This document shows positions 52,251 through 64,000 of a DNA stretch of 64,000 bases, one piece after another (positions within the stretch are counted from its first letter, which is position 1; every line of letters begins with the position of its first letter). The stretch lies in NCBI RefSeq assembly GCF_009914755.1, contig NC_060938.1; one strand, 5' to 3'. Both the position numbers and the translations under genes were made by a program. This DNA is from the human T2T-CHM13v2.0 reference genome, Homo sapiens. The notes under the pieces are model-generated. The model ran no database searches. It had not been told where the DNA came from and worked only from the letters and a program-made list of their open reading frames with translations.

Positions 52251-53690
52251 TTAAAAATTTACCTCTACTCCAAAACCCAAGATAATATGTAGAAAAAGTA
52301 CTAGAATTAAAAGAATTTAGCAAATTTGAAAAATATAAGATTACTCTACAAAAGGCAATCATAAGACTTCTGCTTTTGCTTTAAATGCAGAAAGATGCAC
52401 TCAAACAAGAAAACAAAACAAAAAGTAGATAAAGTACAAAGTCATGACTTTTCTCTAGTTTGTCAGAGAACTAAGGTCACTAGATAACCAACTAAGCTGA
52501 AATCCAGAGCAATAAGCCATTCCAAGGAGAGATTGAACACTAGGACAGTGTCACCTATGGAAGAACATGGGAAGGAGAAACAGTGCTGACCACAACACAA
52601 GCAAGTAAGAGTTAGCTGAAGTTGTTAAAAAGGGCCAAAGGCCAGGTATGTGCTAGCATGTGAGTCTGGAAGTACTTGGGCGCCTGACAAATGGGAGTCT
52701 GCACTCACTTGCAAACTCCACTGGCTTCCATTGAAGGCTCGTGGCAAAGACTGGGGAAGGGCCATAGACCAGAGACAGCCACCATTGGTGGTGCAGGTAG
52801 TTTGTGGGGATCAGAGGTTGGGAGGAAACAGGCCTGAAGCATCACCTACTTCCCTGAACCTTCTCTCATAGGAAGTAAAAGCCTTAAACCACAGGAGGTT
52901 GGGCATTAGATGCTTTTGCACACAGGCCTCAAAAGAGCTGATCAGTGGCTGAGGGTTAGGGGGCATCAGGAGGGTGCTGGCATGGAAGTCCTGCCTCCCT
53001 CCCTCACCCTTTTCCCTTATAAAGCAAACGCTTTTACCTACTGTCAGAGAAGAAGTAAAGGTACACTCACCCACAGGGCCCAGGGAAAGACATGTAACAG
53101 AGGAGGGAAGGATGAAATAATAACTTCTATCCCTTAAGATGAATCAGGAAGCTGTCTTGGTCCTAAAATTCTAAAAGAACTAATAATTATTAGTTCTTTT
53201 CTGCTAATAATTGTTAGCAGAAAGATAATTATCTTACTGCTAGGGGAAGAGCACGAAATTCCCACCCAAGATCTATCTAACAGTGATATAAGGCAGAGTT
53301 TGGTTGCAAGAGGTAATTTCTATTACCAGGTTTTGGGGTTTTTATTTTCCTTAATGGAACTTGACAAGCTGAGTCTAACATATAAATGGAAGACCAAATG
53401 CCAAGAAAGGGCACGGGGAGGGGGTTATTCACATGTGTTTCATAATTAGAGTCATTTAGTCAGTGTGTCACGGAGAAGACAAATACACCAGTGAAATAGG
53501 AGAGAGGACAGGAGCAGACAAATGCATATACGGGACCAGGATATATCACAGGGCAGTGCTGCAGATCAGTTGGGGAAAGGAGGGGCTTGTATGGACAATA
53601 GATTACCCATATTAAAAAAAAAAAAAAAAAAGAAAAACTGGATTCCCACTTCACACCAGGCACATCAATTCTACATAGGTAAAATTGAAA

Positions 53691-54105
53691 AGCCGGGCGG
53701 GGTCGCTCACACCTGTAATCCTAGCACTTTGGACAGCCAAGGTGGGCAGATGACTTGAGCCCAGGAGTTCAAGGCCAGCCTGGGCAACATGGCAAAAACC
53801 CATCTCTACAAAAAAAAACAAAAAAGCAACCCCCACCCCCGCAAAAAAAGAAACTAGCTGGGCATGGCGGCACGTGTGTGCCTGTAGTCCCAGATACTCA
53901 GGAGGCTGAGGTGGGAGGACCACTTGAGCCAGGAAGTTCAAAGCCGCAGTGAGTCATTATTGCACCACTGCACTCCAGCATGGGTGACAGAGGAAGACCC
54001 TGTCGAAAGAAGGAAAGAGAAAGAAAGAAAGGAAGGAAGGAAGGAGGGAGGGAGGGAGGGAAGGAAGGAAGGAAGGAAGGAAGGAAGGAAGGAAGGAAGG
54101 AGGGA
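53691..54105 (+). mobile_element. AluJ with (GGAA)n/(GGGA)n microsatellite tail
   Basis: Diverged dimer; purine repeat ~54006-54105. Confidence 0.85.
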
Positions 54106-55743
54106 AAAGTTTGACATGATTCCAAAACAATATAGGAGAATAGCTACATAACTTGTAGCATATTCATGTGAGTGAATTACAGCCTATATATCAATATGGA
54201 GTAATTTCAAAAGTATAATGTTATATGAAAAAGGCAAGTCATACATTTCATAAAACTAGTGTTAAAGCTCTAAAGCAAAACTTTAAAATATGTTAACATA
54301 AAATCCAAGACAGTGCTTATCTCTGGGGGACAAGGGTCATGGGGGGGGTGGAGGGGAGGCAGGAGAGAAAAAATATGCTGCCCAGAAGGACTGCTGAAAG
54401 GATGAAGGGACCCCAACACAGTGATAGAATTCCAGGGGCCGGCAGGGCAGGGGTAGTTTTCACTAGTGGCAAGGGTAGCATTGCCCATAACCAAAGACTC
54501 TGGAAGTCTCCAACAGGAGGACTTCTTGTCCCTTTACCTCACCTCTCTTCTTTCACCCAAACTCTGAGGCTTAAGAAAAGACCAGAAGAACAAGCATGAA
54601 GGAAGAGAGTGGCGGTTGGGGGAAGGTTCCAGGCTGAGAGGAACAGCATGCTCAAAGGCCTCCAGGCCAAAAGGAGCAGGACGTGTTACAGAAACCAAAG
54701 GAAAACCAGAGTGACTTCACCGCAGTGAACAAAGCAAAGAGGTCACTCAAGAGAGTGGAACCAGGTCAGTGGGGCTTTTTGAGTTCCAGTAAGGAACTTG
54801 GGTGTTATTCCAGGAGAATCTAGGATTCTCCAAACAAGGGCTCAAGCCCCAGGAAAATACTCTTTCGATGCTGTATACTCCCTTTTATAGACTTGGTCAA
54901 CTGTAATTACATACTTGTCTGCTTCTGGGGCTAGAATATAAGCTCACGGAATGAGGTGCTTGAATGTCATGCTCACCACTCTGTTGCAGCACCCGCCACA
55001 GTGCCTTGCTGGTAGTCAGTGTTAAATGATGATTGGTGGAGTAAGTGAATGGCTCTCTCTGCCTTATGCCCTGACTACCTGGATAACTGCCTTTGGCCTC
55101 CTGCCGACCTGAGAACACTGGGATCCCAAATTCCTCACCTGCCCAGTTGAAGTACCACTTGCTCTCCAGGTCTCTGACCCTGGTTTTGCTCGTATTTCCT
55201 GCCTTGAAGCTACCCATTCCCTAGTTTCTGTGCAAACAGAGCAAAGTTATTGAATCTTATCACAGATTGTGCTGTTCTGGTTTTTAAATATTCTAATCCT
55301 TAAGAGAATGACCCTATGCTTTTAAAAATAATTAGAATATAAGAAATTAAGATAAACACTGGTATAATATTACTCATATTAATATTAAAAGATTGAAAAG
55401 TGATTCTGTAGGTTTTCTATAGAAAAACACCTACATAAACACAAACTAGCTGATCTGGAACATCACACATAAAAGATCCACCTAGAGCAAAAAATAATTC
55501 TAGAGATTACTGACACTTTTGTCAGAGACAAAATTTGTACAATCCTCATGAGAAAAAATATTGCTGATGTTTGTTATATTAGGTCTGATTCCCATGTTCA
55601 CCTCTGCTTCTGAGTGAGCTGCCTCACGGTGCAAGGTATTGTTAGCTGTGGGACAAGATATGTATTGACAGCCCCAAACACATATAATATACAGATTCCA
55701 ACCTGGTATAAGAATAGAGTCCACCACTTGGAGACAAAGTTAA

Positions 55744-56150
55744 TATCTTAGTCTATCTGGGCTGCCATAACAAAATACCATAAACCAGGTAGCCTATAAA
55801 CAGCAGAAATTTATTTCTCACAGCTCTAGAGGCTGGAAAGTCTGAGATCAAGGTGCCAGCAGATTTGGTATCTGGTGAGGGTCCACTTTCTGGTTTATAG
55901 ATGGTGTCTTCTACGTGTGTCCTTCCATGGTGGAAGGGCCTAGCTGGCTCTGTCCTTCAGTCCTTCGTGGTGGAAGGGCCTAGCTAGCTCTCTGGGGTCT
56001 CTTTCATAAGGACACTAATTCCATTCATGAGGGCAGAGTCCTCATGACCTAGTCACCTACCAAGGGCCCCACCTCCTAATACTACCACCTTGAGGGTTAG
56101 GATTTCCACATATGAATTTTTGGGGAAAACAGATATTTAGACCACAGCAG
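55744..56150 (-). mobile_element. MLT1A-like MaLR LTR
   Basis: TCTTAGTCTATCTGGGCTGCCATAACAAAATACC...AGACCACAGCA; small internal duplication ~55919-55992. Confidence 0.75.
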
Positions 56151-56219
56151 TGAGTTTCTGGTAATCTGAAATTGTTGAAATTGTTTCTTTTTTAGTTGGT
56201 AGATTTGGGGGTTATATAA

Positions 56220-57245
<1,026 letters not shown>

Positions 57246-57293
57246 GTAGATTCTAGAAACCAATATGCCATCTAAATAAATGCATATCACTAC

Positions 57294-57448
57294 CCAGAGT
57301 GTATCACTTTTCCATAGTGTATATTGCCGAACTTCTTGCTGTAGATCGTTTCCTGGGGTTCGTTCTCAGGTACATATGCAAAAAAGATAATTTCATCTAA
57401 GGAGGTGTGCTGTGGGGCAAGCGCAGTCTCAAAGCCCATATCTGGAGG
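57294..57448 (-). CDS. CATSPERB: CATSPERB coding exon (PPDMGFETALAPQ...GKVIHSG)
   Basis: Acceptor tttccag|CCT, donor TGG|gtagtg; 155 nt, phase 2 end matches next exon. Confidence 0.92.
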
Positions 57449-59269
57449 CTGGAAACAGAGAAAAGAAAATATTATATTTAAACTACTTTATACTTCAATT
57501 ATGACAAAATTGAAGTCACAGATTTATTTCCAGTTCACATTAAAACAATACTGGTTTACTTATCAATTGGAGAAATAAGTCAACGTGTTCTGTTGGAACA
57601 TCCATGTGTGTGCAAGGGAAGATGTATTTTCCTGTTAAGGAGGAATGGAAGTTCTGATGACTAAGATGTGGTGTAAGATTCCTATGCCCTTCGTGGATGG
57701 TTGGAGTGAAAGGGTACATGGAAACTTGACTCACATTGTGGGTGTGTGAGGAGCCTGGAGATGCAGATTTTAGAACTGGGTTCTTATTTGAAGTTTTATT
57801 TAGGAAAGGGCCCGTGAAATCCCTGTCCTCACTTGCTGCTCCTGATCTCGTGCTAGAGACTCTGGACAGCTGCTGTCTGAGTCTCCCAACTGGCAGCATA
57901 AGCTGTTCTCCTTTCCTGACTCACAGACCTCCCCTTGCAGTCTACCCAGGCACTTCTGGCCTAGATTTCTGATCTATAGGTCTTTCTTTTCAACACACCT
58001 TTCTCTAATCCTGACCCTGTCCTGCTTGGGGAACTTTTAGGGGAGAGAAGAGAGGTAGGGACCATCCCCAAAGGGGCTGCTGGAGTTGACTTTGTTGCTA
58101 TGAGACAAGGTGTGGGTGGTAGATCGTGCAGACTGGTTGGGGACACATCTGTCCCATAGTGCCTCCAAGACTCATCTTCTGTCATGCTTTTTTTCCTAGT
58201 TACTGAATTTTGGGAGTGCACTGAGGAGAAATGGGAAATAGATGCCAGGAAAATCAATGTGGGATTGAGCCAAATGGCTTGAGGACTCTTGAAAATCACT
58301 GAAATGGCTAAACATCTTTAGAATTCTGTATGACACTGTAGCCTGGGAGTGGCAAGTGTATCCTAGGGAAAGTGTATGCAAGTCCAGTGAAAGGCAGCAG
58401 GTGGCTAAGAGCACAGGCCCCGGAGCCAGTTGCCTGGGATAGATGTCTAATCCCAATAACTAACCAGCCTGTCTGTGCCTCGCTTTCTTCATAAGTGAAA
58501 TAGGAATAAATCGTCGTTATAAAGATTGAGAGCTCCAACACTGTAATAAGAGCCAGCGATTATTTTTATCCAGAGAGAATGCATGCATAGTTTGTGGAGA
58601 GGGAAGTGATATTGCTGAGTATGGCTTCGTCAAACTTGTCCTAAGTATACAAATACCTGTAGGGTTTTTTTTTTCTTTTAATAATTTAAACTTTCACATA
58701 AGGGAACTAAGAAACTTTCTATAAATTGTGAAGTTGGTGAAAAATGACGTAAATGCTTTTTTTTAGTTAGTTCTACCCTCCTGCTCACATCATTCGCTTT
58801 GTATAAATGCGGAATTCACACCCCAGACTTGGGCAAAGACACAGGGAGTCACATGTGGCATCTTAACTCTCCCATGGAAGTTCCTGCCCTCATTCTCTAT
58901 GCATGTCTCAGAGAGGGGAAGATAAACACCATCCTCTCAACTGCAGCTTTGGCCTGGTAATTGGAATGATCTTTTAAAACCAGATTCATCTTTTGTTCCT
59001 TTTCCTTTAAGTCAAAGGGCAGGTTTTACTAACCCCAGTCAAAAATGTTTGATAATTTGCTGATGGTTTGAGAGTGTCCAGTTTTGTAACTGGTGCCCAA
59101 GGATGAGCTACCTTCACAAGCAGCATATTATACATTAAACTATTATAAAAACCGGTATCAAGTGTCATCTGTAAAGAAGATAACTCCTTTTTTTGTTGTC
59201 ACTAGAAAAAGAAGAAACCAGGGAGAAGGGTTAATAGGAAAGAAGAAAGGTAGACCACAGCTCATGTTC

Positions 59270-59591
59270 CTTTCTTTTTTTTTTGAGTCAGGGTCTTGCT
59301 CTGTTGCCCAAACTGGAGTTCAGTGGCACGATCACAGCTCACTTCAGCAGCGTGATCGCAGTTCACTTCAGCCTCAACTTCCCAGGTTCAAGTGATCCTC
59401 CTGCCTCAGCCTCCCAAGAAGCTGGAACTACAGATGAATGCCACCACACCAGGCTAATTTTTTAATTCTTTGGTAGAGATGGGGTTTCACCTTGTTGCCC
59501 AGGCTAGTCTCCAACTCCTGGGCTGAAGCGATCAACCCACCTCAGCCTCCCACAATGCTAGGATTACAGGCATGAGCCATGGCGCCTGGCC
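59270..59591 (-). mobile_element. AluJ
   Basis: Diverged dimer with a short internal duplication. Confidence 0.82.
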
Positions 59592-59965
59592 TCACAACCC
59601 ATGTTTCTTCAGGGACAACCTTAAGAGGTAGAGAATCAATCCTACCTTGGCCTGGGTTGGGAGTAATGGTTCTAGCTTAGAAGTAATGGTTCTAGCTTAG
59701 AATGTTTAGTGGTGTTCTGTTGCGAAGATATTTGCATGAAGATATTCTAGGTGGAATTGAAGCTATATAATTCCATATGGGACTTGGAGGAAGATTTGGA
59801 GATGTTTGTGGCACATGGAGGTTCTTCCTTTAGTTAAATAGAGCAAACTGCATTAATGAGTTTGTCCCAAGGAAAATACTTTCCCATTTTCCCATTATTC
59901 TATGTATTGAATGTGGCATCTATTCTTAAAATAAGGCAAACTGTTTCAATGCATTATATACTGAC

Positions 59966-60120
59966 CTGTCCAAAAAGATTTCTAGAATTTCCAAAGGCTG
60001 TGGGTGGTCCACTAGCTTCAAAGCGACCCAGAGTCAGCTTATGTAGGAATCCCAAGTGATCATAGTATAATGTGAAAATTCTCTCAGTAACACTTCCGAC
60101 TGCACTGTATCTTCCCATTC
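59966..60120 (-). CDS. CATSPERB: CATSPERB coding exon (GMGRYSAVGSVTERIF...NSRNLFGQ)
   Basis: Acceptor ctaatag|GAATG, donor CAG|gtcagt; translated by hand, 155 nt. Confidence 0.93.
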
Positions 60121-61106
60121 CTATTAGGAAATACAGAGAAGTGTCTTGATACTGATGTAACAGAAGTCAAAAAACTTTAATATCATACCTTGTAAAGACA
60201 CCTTCATTTAAACTAAGAGGTGGAAGTAGGGCCCTGAGACTCCTGAATTAGGAAAATGCATGTTAGTTTTTGTTAAGTCCCTGGAAAGCCTTTTCCAGAC
60301 TCCATGTCACTACAGAATCTGTTCACTGAAGTAGGGGAAGAAACAAACAGAGGGGATGTTTAATTAAGAGATCTAGAGGAAAAGCGGTTAGGTCTCTCTA
60401 GTAGTGGTTTCTCTTCCTATTACCAGCAAATCAGATTCCTGAAGAGGTAAAAGTCAGCAAGAAAACAATCCTTAGGAAGGCAAGGCGAATCATCAGTAGA
60501 CATTGGTCATTAAATTATACTAGGATTAATATGTTGAACCAAACTGGGCGTCCTGTGGTTCTCTCATCCTTAGGGCGCCACGTTGAGAGGCACTGTCAGT
60601 AATCAGATGGTGCCGCAGCATTCACTTAGCCAAACAGACACTGGTCCTGAGACAGGGTCCCCTCCCTTGGAAGGAGCTAGAGTGAAAGATCATGGCTCAG
60701 GAAAAAAGACTAATTTCTGCACACTGCATCCCACCCAAACCCACCCAGTTAGCTCAGGCTCTCCTAGCTCATTCTACACATTGGAGTGTCCAGGACTCAG
60801 TTTTTAGATTACTTCTCTCACTATCTTTGGAGATCTCATTCAGTTTTAGGATTTTAAATCCATCTTTAGATGGATAATTCCCAAATTTAAGTCTACCATC
60901 TAGTGCTCTTCCCTGAAGTCTAGGCTTATGTAGCTAACTGCCTTCCAACAGCTTCATTCGATGTTGGTTAGGCCTCTCAAAGTGAACTCATTCCAGACTG
61001 AGCTCCTGATCCTCACGCAAACCTCCTCCAGCCCCAGCCTTCCTCACCTTCATTAATGGCAGCTGCATTATTGCTGTTGCTTAGCCCAAAAACCTCAATG
61101 TCATTC

Positions 61107-64000
<2,894 letters not shown>

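Overview
Primate (human-like) genomic DNA, about 97% intronic and repeat-rich. The window lies inside CATSPERB (sperm CatSper channel auxiliary subunit beta) on the minus strand. I traced 11 internal coding exons (59966-60120 down to 4412-4486). All have GT-AG boundaries and splice into one open frame of 1700 nt; the first and last exons fall outside the window. One 16-kb intron (9213-25504) holds two processed pseudogenes of pluripotency genes about 600 bp apart, both sense to the host. The first is a full-length POLR3G retrocopy inserted inside an MSTA LTR with a 13-bp TSD. The second is a NANOG retrocopy whose 918-nt CDS is broken by only one nonsense codon. The rest is nested mobile elements: about 30 Alus, a THE1 fragment, a MER4A1-type provirus with tRNA-Arg PBS, MER41A, MLT1/MST LTRs, Tigger/MER1/MADE1 DNA transposons, and a young L1PA. 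The least explained structure is a locally templated insertion at ~44111-44393 that duplicates a real splice acceptor and could create a poison exon. I see no evidence of a wholly new gene system. Gene and repeat names come from recall of known sequences, not from a database search.
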